Shown piece after piece: positions 36,771 to 49,574 of a DNA stretch of 64,000 bases. Numbering within the stretch: the stretch's first letter is position 1; every line of letters begins with the position of its first letter. The DNA is from Macrostomum lignano (taxonomy: Eukaryota), in NCBI GenBank assembly GCA_002269645.1, contig NIVC01000157.1, forward strand, positions 248,001-312,000, read 5' to 3'. Below the pieces are notes generated by a model. That model saw only the letters and a list, made by a program, of their open reading frames with translations. It had not been told where the DNA came from and did not search any database. The position numbers were made by a program, and so were the translations under genes.

Positions 36771-37595
36771 GTCGCTTCTCACTTCATATCTTCGATGAGG
36801 ATAGAAAAGATGAGACCCAGACTTCAAACCTCAGTATTTTCTCAGCAATTGTGCACTGGCTGTTATGTTTATTCTGTCGTCAAAAAATAAACCTGAAGAC
36901 GCAGTTCAGAGTGAGAGACGCATGCAAACCTTGGTGTTGATAGTCAGTTGTCTATTTTTACTCATTGGGAGGCGGGGGACTGTACCCGATCGGTCGTGTA
37001 CTGATGTTTTTACAGTCGGTCTGAGAATTTTTGCCTCAAAACAAGCGCTTTTATAAGGCACCACCTGATGTCGTTTGAGACAGCAGAAAAACACAGGGAA
37101 TTCGCGTTTCAGCTTCTATTCAAAACGATGTTGACGATTTGTTTTTGCACCTGCGACCCAGCACGGGATGAAAGGCAATTATTTTGGAGTAAAAAATACC
37201 CCGGCTATCTCTGGTCCAGAAAAGTCGCACAGAGGTTGCTCAGCAGCCCTGACTTTCTCTCAATGACATGACACACATGATCTTCATCATCATGGATAGT
37301 CACGAACTCAGCGCTAAACGCCTACGACTGGAACAGTGAGAATCAGAACCCTTGAGCACGGAGGACAGCTGCTAAAACGACTCGAGTACCTCTAATGGCA
37401 GATGTTTGCAGAAAGGATTATATGCTCCTCTGGAAAGCATTTCCTTACTAATTAAGTCTAGCTGTTTCGATTGAGAGTGCCAGATGGTATTGCAGTGTTT
37501 TTGTATGTTTTTATAGCAGCCACTACGAGTATAAGCTGGCATGTAGTTGCATTGTGAATTTGACTGAATAATTTGGTTAACTTAATACTTAGGAG

Positions 37596-38333
37596 CTACA
37601 GAGGGGTGACAGCTACAGAGGGGTGACAGCTACAGAGGGGTGACAGCTACAGAGGGGTGACAGCTACAGAGGGGTGACAGCTACAGAGGGGTGACAGCTA
37701 CAGAGGGGTGACAGCTACAGAGGGGTGACAGCTACAGAGGGGTGACAGCTACAGAGGGGTGACAGCTACAGAGGGGTGACAGCTACAGAGAGGTGACAGC
37801 TACAGAGGGGTGACAGCTACAGAGGGGTGACAGCTACAGAGGGGTGACAGCTACAGAGGGGTGACAGCTACAGAGGGGTGACAGCTACAGAGGGGTGACA
37901 GCTACAGAGGGGTGACAGCTACAGAGGGATGCCAGCTACAGAGGGGTGACAGCTACAGAGGGGTGACAGCTACGGAGGGGTGACAGCTACAGAAGGACGC
38001 CAGCTACAGAGGGGTGACAGCTACAGAGGGGTGACAGCTACAGAGGGGTGACAGCTACAGAGGGGTGACAGCTGCAGAGGGGTGACAGCTACAGAGGGGT
38101 GACAGCTACAGAGGGGTGACAGCTACAGAGGGGTGACAGCTACAGAGGGGTGACAGCTACAGAGGGATGCCAGCTACAGAGGGGTGACAGCTACAGAGGG
38201 GTGACAGCTACGGAGGGGTGACAGCTACAGAAGGACGCCAGCTACAGAGGGGTGACAGCTACAGAGGGGTGACAGCTACAGAGGGGTGACAGCTGCAGAG
38301 GGGTGACAGCTGCAGAGGGGTGACAGCTACAGA
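37596..38333 (+). repeat. 17-bp minisatellite (GCTACAGAGGGGTGACA)
   Basis: Read directly. Confidence 0.95.
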
Positions 38334-38934
38334 GCAGTATGTGTAGTCATTGGTTTTGTGGCAGCGCACAGCTCATTCAATCCCAAAAAACATGTTCCAC
38401 AAGTTTGATTTTCATATCGGTCCCAACCATGCAGAGGGTCTCTCGTTCTCCGCAATCGGCCCGAGAGAAATATTTCCAATCAAACTCGCCGCAGATATTG
38501 GATGAAGCTACCAGCATTTACTACCAGCACCTCTAAAGCCGCTGCCAGTGCCTAAACCCCAGGAGGCTGCGAAGTCAGTGAATCGAAACAATCTCGTGAT
38601 GAAGACACGATTTCCTGGAATTGAGTGGCACTGGCGTGCTGCCAATCTGCTTTCAAATTCCATCATTAATGCTGACTGCTACTCCCCTCTAATCTCCATT
38701 TCTTCCCCATCTCTATAGTTTTCCCACGCGGACTTCTCCCAGAACGAACTAAAATTCCCAGAAGTTCAGAAATATTCTAAGAAAAGGATTTTCCGGTTCT
38801 GATTCTAAAATTTTCTTTTCAAGCGAAACTTCCTACTAAAAGTAGAAGCTTAGAATTGATTTTTCATTATTTTGAATCAGATAGCTCCTCGGCTGGGTCC
38901 ATTAAAGATTTTTTAAAGCAGAATGACTGACATA

Positions 38935-39215
38935 AAACTACGGGATTGCAACAATAGGACAACACAATTGCAACAATATGACAACACAATTGCAGCAATA
39001 TGACAACACGATTGCAACAGTTTGACAACACAATTGCAACAATATGACAACACAATTGCAACAATAGGACAACACAATTGCAGCAATATGACAACACGAT
39101 TGCAACAATATGACAACACAATTGCAGCAATATGACAACACGATTGCAACGATATGACAACACAGTTGCAGAAATATGACAACACAATTGCAACAATAAG
39201 ACAACACAATTGCAA
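38935..39215 (+). repeat. 22-bp repeat (ACAACACAATTGCAACAATATG)
   Basis: Read directly; explains the Cys-rich minus-strand ORFs 38867..39233. Confidence 0.9.
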
Positions 39216-39756
39216 CAATTCTGCGACTGACATTTTAGGTACTATTTAGATTGGATAAAATATTATAGATGATATTATGTAGAGATCGAGACTACATTAT
39301 TCTTTATGAATGGTTGAAGATATGTATACATGTTGCTTTGTAGAATTATCAGTCTTTGTTTTAATAATTTGAGCGTCACCAGTTCTAAGCATCGCTGACC
39401 ATTTTGGATTATGCCTGATTTTAAAGGGTTTTACCTAACGTACTAATATATATTGGATAGTAGTATAAAGTGAATGTACTCACCGAGAGTATTAACAGAC
39501 CGAAGCTTAGATAATATATAGTACATTGGATTAGCAGATCTATAGGCTTGATAGATCTATACATCGATAAGCACTAATTTTTGTACGCATCCAATTGATA
39601 ATTTCTCAAAGGAGCTAATATGAAATCCGGGTGCACCAGTTGATAACTCCACCAATTCTGGTGGATAAATTGAGTGAAAATTATTGAGTAAATAAAAACA
39701 AGTCTGATTAGAGTTTGAGAGAGTATTGAAGTTAGCATGGTTAAAATGGTCAGACT

Positions 39757-42115
39757 TCACCAGAAGTGACACTTGTCATTATCAGTCAGGTACATTGGAT
39801 CTCCCGGCTTGCATTTGAACACCCTGGCGAAGTCCTTCGACTGCATCACCTGACCGTTCACTCTGGGATGCGGAGGCGAGTGACGCTTACCCTTGAATAC
39901 AGAGATCAGGGTGTTCTTTTCCGCCTTTGTGCAGAGCAGCTGAGCATTGTGGATGAAGAACAGCTGATCCGGTGTCAGCCCCGCCAGCTTCTCTCCTGGA
40001 ATCAGCCGAGACCGCCTCCCAGACTTTGCCGCACTGCTTCTGTAGGCTCGGAATGCGGAATTGATGCCAACAATATCGGCAAAATTTTCGTCAAACTTCC
40101 GCACTCCTGCATTCATTGAATTGTCCCAAATGTCAGATTTTGCAAACTCAGGATCGATGATCTGGTTGTAGAAATCTGCCAGACATTGAGATTGCTTGTC
40201 ATACCGCAGCGCTGTGACATTGTCAAATACACCTATCTGTTCCTCTCCAACGCTAATTTTTTTATTGCCTAATTTGTCAAAGGCGTGCCCGACCTCGTGG
40301 CCGACTGTGCCGCCGATGCCTCCGTACAGCAGGCAGTCGGGGTAGCCCTTCATGTAGACTTTGGTGAGCAGCAGGCCCAGGTAGATGAAGAGCGAATTCA
40401 GGTGTAGCGAGTAATGAGCGTTGACAGTAAACATTCTTGAAAAAATGTCACTCGGCATTAAGTCCTGTTTGTCAGCTGTCAAAATCCAAAGTCGATTCTG
40501 AAGCTGAGTGCTTTTAAACTGCAAAACAACATCGCCAAATGTTCTGCTTTGGTTAACTTGAGCAGCAACGTTTGAGTAGCCTTCGGTGAACTCGGACATG
40601 TTGAACTGGGGGTAGCCGACGGTGCTCCGAATGGCGTCGAGCTTCTTCTTAATTGCTGCCTTACTCGGCTGCTCAATCCACGCCTCGCTGTCCACATTCT
40701 CCCACATGGCCTCCTTGATGTCGCCGATTACCACTTTCACTGAGTTGAAGTCGTCTGTGACGAAGGCGCTGCTGAACATCTGCAAAGCCACTGGCGGCAT
40801 GGAGCCCAGCATCATGTCCATGCACAGTCTTGAGCTGTTCCGGCCTTCTTTCTCATGAATGAGATACTTTTGTTGCCCGAAAAGGTTTTTAAAGAATTTG
40901 AACGATTCGTCTGGAAGAAAATTGACTGCCGACAGTGCAGAGTCCAGGAGAATAAAGTCGTAGTACGGTCCCTGTCTGTGCTCCAGCTCCGTTGTGAGCT
41001 GCTCGAGTACAAAAAATAATAGCGGGTACCTAATAATCTTGACTCTCATTGAGGGAGGTAACTTATTGGCTGAATACTTGCTCACAGCGCTGTAAAACTC
41101 CGTCCAGTTAAAGTTGAGATTTTCTGCCTCAAACTGAGTAAAATTCTGCAGCTGTTCCAGATGGTAAGGACCAACTTTCAAATACGATTCGCCTTTGTTT
41201 AACATTTGCTGAACTGCAGGCTTTATCTGATTTATACTAACAGTCAAATTCAGGTCTATGAGATCACTGAAATCTTCTAATGCAGAAATTCCGTCATTGA
41301 AAACCTTATTCCAGGATTTCAGGGTAAATAGGTAGTATGGTGACGAGTGCAATCTCAGACTCCGCTCCACCGAGCCTGGCGACAATCTGAACAGATCCGA
41401 TGTACCGGATATCACCAGTCTCGCTAGGAAGTCTTCGATGCCTGAGTAGCCCTCTAGAAAGTCCAACAAAGGTCTCACTAATGATTTCATGTCGAAAGGT
41501 CGTTCTCCAGTCTGCCAGCTGTTCGGGAGAAATTCCTCTTTCTTAGAATTCAGAACGCTGGAGCCGCGCCAATCCATGCAGGTCCCGTAGATGGATCGCA
41601 GAGTCTGGAACAGCTGCGCTTCGCTTGCGTCTCTGGGCTTGGACAAGTTCTTGAAGTACATCATCTCAAATAGATTTCCTTGAATGGAGTTGTCCTCCTG
41701 TAGTACTGAGCCCACGGTCTCGGCGGTGAAGGGGTGGCTTTTATGGAAACCGCCGCAGGCGAAGCTGTAGAAGTCTTGGCATGGGTCCGCAGATCGGTCG
41801 ATGTGGCTCTGCAGCAGTGCGCTTGCACTTATGCAGGCCTCGCTGGTGCACAGGCTGGGATGCTTGGGAGTGGCTGCTCCAGGTGGTAACCGAGCTGTGC
41901 TGAGAGCGTAGAGCAGAACGAAAACTAGAAGCAGAATTGACAGAACCGCAATCAGCAAGAGCATAAGCAGGCGTCTTGCTCGATCCAGTCGAGTTGAAAA
42001 CTCAACTCTGCCGCCATCGAGAATGCTCTGTTGGCAATGCAGCGATTTGAGGGTGGGGTTAATCCAGTTTGACTGTCTGACAGATGGAATTTCCCAATGA
42101 AAATGTTCTTACCAT
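39757..42115 (-). CDS. M13 (neprilysin/ECE-like) zinc metallopeptidase, type II membrane protein, about 757 aa; exons 42115-42113 (ATG only) and 42027-39757
   Basis: 735-aa ORF with TM anchor LLLIAVLSILLLVFVLLYAL, C-x4-C and DPCQDFYSFACG, VNAHY, GHEVGHAFD (HExxH), DENFADIVG (third Zn ligand), HSPPHPRVNG and terminal F.C.PGDPM...KCHFW. ATG|GTAAGA at 42115 and CAACAG| at 42028 give an 85-bp phase-0 intron adding the cytoplasmic tail MSILDGGRVEFSTRLDRARRLL. Confidence 0.93.
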
Positions 42116-42769
42116 TGAAGTTGCCGCACTGCTACCAGCAGACATCATTGCGAGATGAAGTTATTGTAGGCTATTTTTGTTAAACCAACTGCTCTCTTCT
42201 CTACAAACGTTGATAAGCTAATCCGAATTTATAGGCAATCCGTAACTCAAAACACTTTGTAGCAAAGACTTTATATGCTTTATAAATCTTGCTTTAGATT
42301 AAATTACAATTCTCTTTTGCGCAGAAAATGCAGAGGTGCAAAATTTCTTATTCTAACATGCATTAGTCGGCATTCAACCATTTTATAAGCTAGGTTGCAT
42401 TTTTATACCGCTATAGGGACCAATTCAGCATTACTGAATGTATTGAAGATTTAAATTTAAGGTTTAAATTTGCTTTTTGCGCAGATGAGAAGTTTTAAGC
42501 TGCAAAGAGCAGCAGCTCAAAAGTTCCAGATTCTTTTGAAAGTCATTTATTAGTGATTTTTTTCTATCGAGACCCGAAATTGGAAAAATAATTTTGTGAA
42601 GGATGAAAATTCTTGTTACTGTAATTTTTACATTAATTCCCTAAAAATTTACTGGATTTATTGCACCACATTCACATATGAGAGTTTCTGAAGATGTGAG
42701 AATCGATTCTTGTCAGTTTTGTATCAATACTACTTAAATATTACAATGCACACTTCAACAACTAGAGCC

Positions 42770-43378
42770 ACCTCCCCTGTCCCTGCCCTCTCTTTCTCTC
42801 TCCATCTCACTCCCCCTCTCTCCCTCTCACTCCCCCTCTCTCCCTCTCACTCCCCCTCCCTCCCTCTCACTCCCCCTCTCTCCCTCTCACTCCCCCTCTC
42901 TCCCTCTCACTCCCCCTCTCTCCCTCTCACTCCCCTCTCTCCATCTCACTCCCCCTCTCTCCCTCTCACTCCCCTCTCTCCCTCTCACTCCCCCCCTCCC
43001 TCTCACTCCCCTCTCTCCCTCTCTCTCCCCCTCTCTCCCTCTCACTCCCCCTCTCTCCCTCTCACTCCCTCTCACTCCCTCTCACTCCCCCTCTCTCCCT
43101 CTCACTCCCTCTCACTCCCTCTCACTCCCTCTCACTCCCTCTCACTCCTCTCACTCCCTCTCTCCCTCTCGCTTTCCCTCTCTCCCTCTCACTCCCCCTC
43201 TCTCCCTCTCACTCCCTTCCACTCTCCCTCTCTCCCTCTCACTCCCTCTCACTCCCTCTCACTCCCTCTCACTCCCCTCTCTCCCTCTCACTCCCCCTCT
43301 CTCCCTCTCACTCCCTTCCACTCTCCCTCTCTCCCTCTCACTCCCTCTCACTCCCTCTCTCTCCCCTCTCTCCCTCTC
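42770..43378 (+). repeat. CT-rich compound satellite (CTCCCTCTCACTCCCCTCT)
   Basis: Read directly. Confidence 0.93.
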
Positions 43379-43690
43379 ATGCGGAGCACTTCATATGTGA
43401 ATGCCCCGCCCTTGCTCACCTACCTCGGCCCAAACCCGGACCTCTCCGACGTTTTCAGGCCCCAGAATCTCTGCCAGCTCGTCCGCTACCTAAGGGCTAC
43501 CGGGAGAGCGACCATCCACCGGATCTCCCTGCTGGACACCGCAGCACCACCTGCCCGTGGTCGCTAGGGGTTAGCGAAATGGGCGGCAACGCCTCCTCGA
43601 TCCATCCGGATGCACGGAGTCCCCTGCAGTTGAGTCAAACAAGTCAACAAGCGCCACGGGTCAGTCCGCATCCAGCGACGATTTGCGACC
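43378..43690 (+). mobile_element. 3' end of a non-LTR retrotransposon ORF2 (I/R1/Loa-like) plus 3' UTR, severely 5'-truncated
   Basis: [11 protein letters not shown] (end of the C-terminal CCHC knuckle), then (frameshift) [12 protein letters not shown]...[10 protein letters not shown], the characteristic terminal motif of these ORF2s. Confidence 0.65.
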
Positions 43691-45685
43691 TAGATCTTGG
43701 GATAGTTTACTAGAGTGGAAGAATCCTGTTCAGCCTTCAGTCTCCTTCAGCTCAACCGATTTCAATTGAAGCTGAAACCCAACCTGTCCAATGCCCCGCC
43801 GTCAACGCAGCCCACGGCAACCTGCTCAGCAGACTCAACGTTCCACCTGTACCACTATCTTCATCCTCCAGTTCCGAGCCGCAAGCGCCTCTCCTCCTCG
43901 TTGCAGCGACAACCGTCTTCTCCCCAAGCCAGTCTTCTGAGTTCTACACTAAGGGATTAAAAAAGGGTTTTATTAGAAAATTTTGAGGCCCCTCACCAAC
44001 TCCGAATTCGTCATCACATGAAGCTAATTGTCACGCACAATTTGTGATCCTAACTCCATTCTCTAAGAGCGCGTACGAAAAATCACCCCATAAACTTGTA
44101 CGGCCTAACAACCTTGTTATTCCGAAATTAGGCTTAAAAAGGACTCCTATAAGTTTCTAACCGCTTCAACTCATCTAGACGACCGCAAAAATCGCAAAAT
44201 TGAATTTGTCTCAGATTCCCTTCCACTTTATCATGCATCGTCATTCTTACTAGGAGTAGAGATACGGTAGATATAGATTGTCGAATTCATTTTTCACCCG
44301 GATTTGCACCGATTTTTGGTTGCGTACCGGAAAGCAGCATCGATCAGTTTTAAAAAATCAAGTCAAGTTAGAATTACTTTTGTAAGGAATAATCATAAAT
44401 GATTTTGAATCAAATAGGACTGGCAAAAGGGTAAGATTTGCCGAAAGTTTCGAAAGGTCCTCTTAGGTATAAGAATTGTCAACTAGCTTTTAATTAATCT
44501 TCATTTTTGTTTAAATTTATTGGCACTCTGACCATTCTCGTGCCACTATAGAAGTTTACACCAAATTGAATCCTTAATGGGATATCAGCAAAGGCTGTGC
44601 GTCACTCGTTTTTCACCTTTTAAAGTACGTCCTTGTCCTCGCACGAGTTTTGATGAGCATCTTTTGAATAACATATAGTAATCACCCTTTCCTTTTATGG
44701 GTTTGTTCTTTAATTTAGCAAAGTGTTTTTCATTACTTTTATTAAGCAAAATTGCACAGGATTACACAGCGGGCGACTACACAGACCGTCCGTCGGTAAT
44801 CCGCTCGAATCTTCTTGGATTAAAAGAAAAAAATCCAGCCTATTAGGATTATTAATTTTTCTAGACACTTTACTCGCGCGCTTGGCTACAAAGGTGGGTA
44901 GCATTTCATAACATTTTTTCCAAGCTCTTTGTCGTTTCGTGTTTAAATTCGATATCGAAATAGCTAAAGAATAGCCAACGAACAATGCGAACCATAAACT
45001 CAGATGGATAGATGAATACACCAGGCGAATACTTCAAATGAATGAGCAGGCCGATGCAACAGTCGGTAACATCATGAACCGCGGAGTGTACAGCGGTCCT
45101 GACTTTCTAATCGTCAGGCATGTACACTCTGTGTGCCTCGGGGGTTTGGACCTATGGGGCGTGAATCGTACGACAACCCATTTTCCTGCACACAAGCCGC
45201 AAATGATTGTAAAATTAAATTAAAAAAATACACAAGCGGACAGTTACATCGGAAAAGTCGAGTTCACTACACGAATCAAACCAGAGTAATAAGATCGAAT
45301 GCACAAAACAGAAAAAGCGGACGAAGATACACGAACTTAATTATCTTGAACATATAATACACAAAAATATTACTTGATTACAAATAAATATGCAATGTCA
45401 AAAAATTGAAAATACAACAAATTGCAATCGGTTTTAGCTCGTACTATTATTAACATATTGATAAAACTTCGCTGTCGCATATCCGCTCAGTTACAGAAAA
45501 ATCACATGCAGGGTCTGCACATGCAGTCTGCACATCAATTCAAGTTTGATGAGAGCTGGGTGCGTACGACCGAAGATCCATCGAACAAGAAGTTAAACAC
45601 AGGGAAAAATTGGATATTTCCTTACTAAACTGTGGCATAAACAGGTACTAAATTCAACAGACAAGAGGCTTAGGGAAGTCACGTT

Positions 45686-45760
45686 GGGGCCGTAACCCAG
45701 TGGTCTGGCGCGGCGATCTGATGTTCCAGCGGCCCAGGCTCGATTCCAAGTGCAGTCACA
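45686..45760 (+). mobile_element. tRNA-derived SINE head or tRNA pseudogene
   Basis: A-box-like TAACCCAGTGG (45693-45703) and B-box-like GGCTCGATTCC (45737-45747) at tRNA spacing; no intact cloverleaf. Confidence 0.4.
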
Positions 45761-46006
45761 TTAATTCGGGGCTGAATCGGAATCTCAGCCTGGCTCTGCT
45801 CGTGCAGTTATCGCCCTTGAGGGCCAACCCCCAAGGGTCAATGTCGCTTTAAGTGACCCTGACTTCAGGACACTTGCCTGCGACATGCAACTCATTAAGA
45901 TCCTTGTTGGAATATCGTGAACAATGGATACAACAGCCATATTATTGAAGTAAATTTTGGAAATATAGTTCCTCTCCAACACGTGGAACGATGGTCTTGA
46001 CAATGT

Positions 46007-47496
46007 TCACCGCATCCGGCAGTTCAGACAGCAGCGCCGCAGCTGCGACTTGAAATGAGGAATCGATAGCGAATAGATGACGAAATTCGCTACAGAATCG
46101 GCCGTGGTCAGCACGTTGGCGACGCCCATGAACATGTTGATGCCCGGCCATTCTAGATCTTTAATCGCCCCAGCAACCAGCAGAGGCAGCTCACAGATGA
46201 CAAAGGCCGAGCAGAGTACCAGGACCGTGCGGTTCACCGACCTGACGAAAAGCAGACAGCGGTTTCAAAATTCTTAACTACGTCAGATGAGTAACAGAAT
46301 GAAAGTGAATTTTAGAGTGTTGGTTTCTCTGTCAAATGTCAAATGTCAGATGTCAGATGTCAGATGTCAGATGTCAGATGTCAGAGAGTGTACATCCATG
46401 ACGATTGGAAAGTCAGGGTCGCTGTACACCCTATGTGAGCGTGTGTACAGTGTGTATTCAGGAGTTAGCGAAAAGGACAGAAGTGTCGTCAACCAGCCAG
46501 ATTTTACACCTACTTCTGGCCCAACAACGGAGAATAGTAGTCGACAGGTAAACCGCCAGTTCTGAAAAGTCGTTTCAATCTTATAACCAAATTTTGCGCT
46601 TACCCAGCCTGCGCCTCTCGCTGCCGTCTCAGTCTGACGAAGAACGGAGCCGGGACATTCCTTAACAGCTGGCGGTCCGCCCGCTTCAGCTGGTACAGGG
46701 TGAGGCAGCTGACTACGAGAAGACAGAACACTGGGAGCAGCGAGTGCAGCGCAAAGAAGCACCTGGGGTAGATCCAGTAGGCAGCGGATGTGGCAAATGG
46801 GGCGGCCTTGATCGCTACAATCTTCTGAGTAGCCGGGCACATGGTGTACCTCACCTCCAGCGCCCGGGGCAGAGTCACCAGCAGCGACAGCCCAGCCAGA
46901 AGGCCGGATGCCTGGTTCACCGACCGGCTCGGCGGCGGGGACGTCATGAGGGTGCGTCCGCTGACGGCGCGCCACCTTCGCCAGGCGATGTGCACGATGA
47001 GCCAGTTGCGGGTCAGCGAGCTGGCCTTGTACACCAGCCAGAGCGGGTAGAGCATCAGCTTAGACAGCCAGCCGGGACCCGACGGGAGCCGGTGGCCGGC
47101 AGGCGGCGCGGTCAGCAGGTAGTACAGCTCGAACAGCAGCGCCGACAGACTGAGGACCACCTCGCAACCGGTGAGGTGCAGCAGCATCTGGGACAGGGCG
47201 CTGCAGGTGCATAAGTTACCTGTAGTTTCGTTACTAATCGAGTGGTTTAAGCTGCTGTTGCTGTGCCGGACATTTCTCTGGCGGTAGTGCCGATACCAGA
47301 ACACGTAGAAGGACGCAGCGGAGACGACCAAAGCCAGCAGTGCCAGCCCTGCTTTGAACAGGTACAGCACGTCCGTGGCAGTCTGTTCGGGATTGGATCC
47401 GAACCAAAACACCATCCTTGATGGCAATTCAAGATTTGAGCAGTTCTCAGCGAACCACAAGTCGCTGTCAGCTTCTACTTCCGTTGGAGTAGTCAT
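46007..47496 (-). CDS. Rhodopsin-family (class A) GPCR, FMRFamide/peptide-receptor-like orphan, 375 aa; exons 47496-46604 and 46241-46007
   Basis: Seven hydrophobic segments; TM3 YP...RNWLIVHIAWRRWRAV (DRY variant), TM4 LPRALE, TM5 SLLP, TM6 FVICELP, TM7 SVANFVIY, helix 8 FKSQLRRCC. GG|GTAAGC...TTTCGTCAG|G phase-2 intron keeps the frame. Confidence 0.9.
46331..46385 (+). repeat. 7-bp repeat (GTCAGAT/GTCAAAT) in the GPCR intron
   Basis: Read directly. Confidence 0.85.
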
Positions 47497-47879
47497 GTTG
47501 CCTGTGTTAGGTGAAGATTGGTTTTGGTCTGTGCCGAAAACACTCCTTCTGACGGTGGTTTCATGTTTCTAGGATTTCTATGCTAGTTAAGTCATTTCCC
47601 CAAAAAGCTGATTGGGTAGCGATAAGACACCCAATCTCCTAGGAAGCTGCTTTTGAAAGCTTTTCAACATTTTTTCAAACCCCTTCGATGGTAAAATGTT
47701 TTGCTAATGTATCGAGAAAACATTGACCTTCATTAACTAGCCGGAAAAAATTCACAAAATTTACTTGATTGCACACTCGGAAGTAATTACTCGTACTAAG
47801 GATTAAGACTAATGGGTTTCCTGCTGCATCTGTAACATGAAGACATTCCCATTTAACACACAGGTGACACTCATGGCTA

Positions 47880-48475
47880 ACACACATATGACACTGCTGT
47901 CTAACAGGTGACACTCCTGTCTAACAGGTAAGACTCCTGTCTAACAGGTGACACTCCTGTCTAACAGGTAAGACTCCTGTCTAACAGGTGACACTCCTGT
48001 CTAACAGGTGACACTCCTGTATAACAGGCGACACTCCTGTCTAACAGATGACACTCCTGTCTAACAGGTGACACTCCTGTCTAACAGGTGACACTCATGT
48101 CTAACACACAGGTGACACTCATGTCTAACACACATGTGATATTCATGTCTAACACACAGGTGACACTGCTGTCTAACAGGTGACACTCCTGTCTAACAGG
48201 TGACACTCCTGTCTAACAGGTGACACTCCTGTCTAACAGGTGACACTCCTGTCTAACAGGTGACACTCCTGTCTAACAGGTGACACTCCTGTCTAACAGG
48301 TGACACTCCTGTCTAACAGGTGACACTCCTGTCTAACAGGTGACACTCCTGTCTAACACACAGGTGACACTCATGTCTAACAGGTGACACTCCTGTCTAA
48401 CAGGTGACACTCCTGTCTAACACACAGGTGACACTCATGTCTAACAGGTGACACTCCTGTCTAACAGGTGACATC
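47880..48475 (+). repeat. 20-bp minisatellite (GACACTCCTGTCTAACAGGT)
   Basis: Read directly; its reverse complement resembles the 19-bp array at 31620. Confidence 0.93.
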
Positions 48476-49069
48476 CCTAGCAGGCACAGCAAAGCGAAGC
48501 AAAGACCTAATTTGAGCTCAGAGCATTTCACAATTTACTTATTTCTAATCTTGAACTCCCTCTAGCTGTGGGATTAAAGCTGAAACTGCACTAATTACTG
48601 CCAGCACTGTCATTGTCTTGACACAATTCGCTAATTGCAACATTTTCTTGTCCAATTTGAAAGTAAAGTCCATAAAAAGAAGGCATGCAAAGGCAGTTAC
48701 AACAGTGATCTACATTATTGGATAGATCGAATTCTATTCCCTAAATTTTCCCTAAGTAGCCAAAATTTCGATAATTCATCTGGAGAGTTCATGCTGGGAA
48801 TTTTATAACCTCGATATCGCTAACTGATATTCCAGAAGTATTCTTGGGTGAGAAATTTTGGTCAGGGAAATAATTTTACATCTTTTATTTCTAATTACTA
48901 GCAGTGAGCGGATGGCTCGCTTAGGTATTAATAAGTCCCGTACAATGTCACTAATTTCGATAGTAATTAGGGTATACTATAGTAGACATGTCCTGTCAAT
49001 GTTCATCAAGTCTAAAATTTCGACTCCTGTCGAATTTAAATCTTGTCGTGCGACGCCAGCAAAAAGTCA

Positions 49070-49215
49070 CTGTACTGTGGAAGCGCCATAGTGAAGGCGC
49101 CATCCAGGGGCGCCATACTGGAGGCGCCATCGTAAAATTGCCATTGTGGAGGCGCCATCAAAAAGCGCCATTGTGGAGGCGCCATAGTGAAGGTGCCATC
49201 CTGGGGCGCCATTGT
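49070..49215 (+). repeat. Short array of GGCGCCAT cores with variable 4-8-nt linkers
   Basis: About 10 cores read directly. Confidence 0.7.
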
Positions 49216-49574
49216 GAAAGCTTTGGTTATATCCGGTTGCAAGTTCGCAGGAGTGAGGCAGAATTAAAGTGGGAGACTGGGAGAGGTTTGGGGCTATCAG
49301 GGTTCAAATGCGCAATGCATCAGAATGAAGTTATGGCTGCAGAACAAGCCGACCCCAACAGTGTGTGTGCCAGCTTCCATACGCCTATAGTTAAACAATA
49401 TCTTCTGTTTATGGCCCAGCGTCAGAACTTCATCCCATGCGGAATCGAAGCTTCAGTTGCCTTTCTAAACTCTGTGCAGCTATCGGTGCACTGTTTTCCT
49501 AACTGTTATTTAGCGTTGTTAGGGCTTTGGGATGCACTGCACTACTCTGCATTGAACAGATGCAGAGACAGGAT

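Noticed and set aside
44710-45021. 103-aa minus-strand ORF with a hydrophobic N-terminus, KR sites and 4 Cys (possible secreted peptide inside the cluster)
   Set aside because: It starts at GTG with an in-frame stop 5 codons upstream, has no convincing upstream ATG exon, and is AT-rich unlike the neighbouring real exons. Worth revisiting only if RNA-seq shows expression.
49070-49215. Constant GGCGCCAT core with variable linkers (CRISPR-like look)
   Set aside because: The core is 8 bp and the linkers 4-8 bp; it is a degenerate minisatellite.
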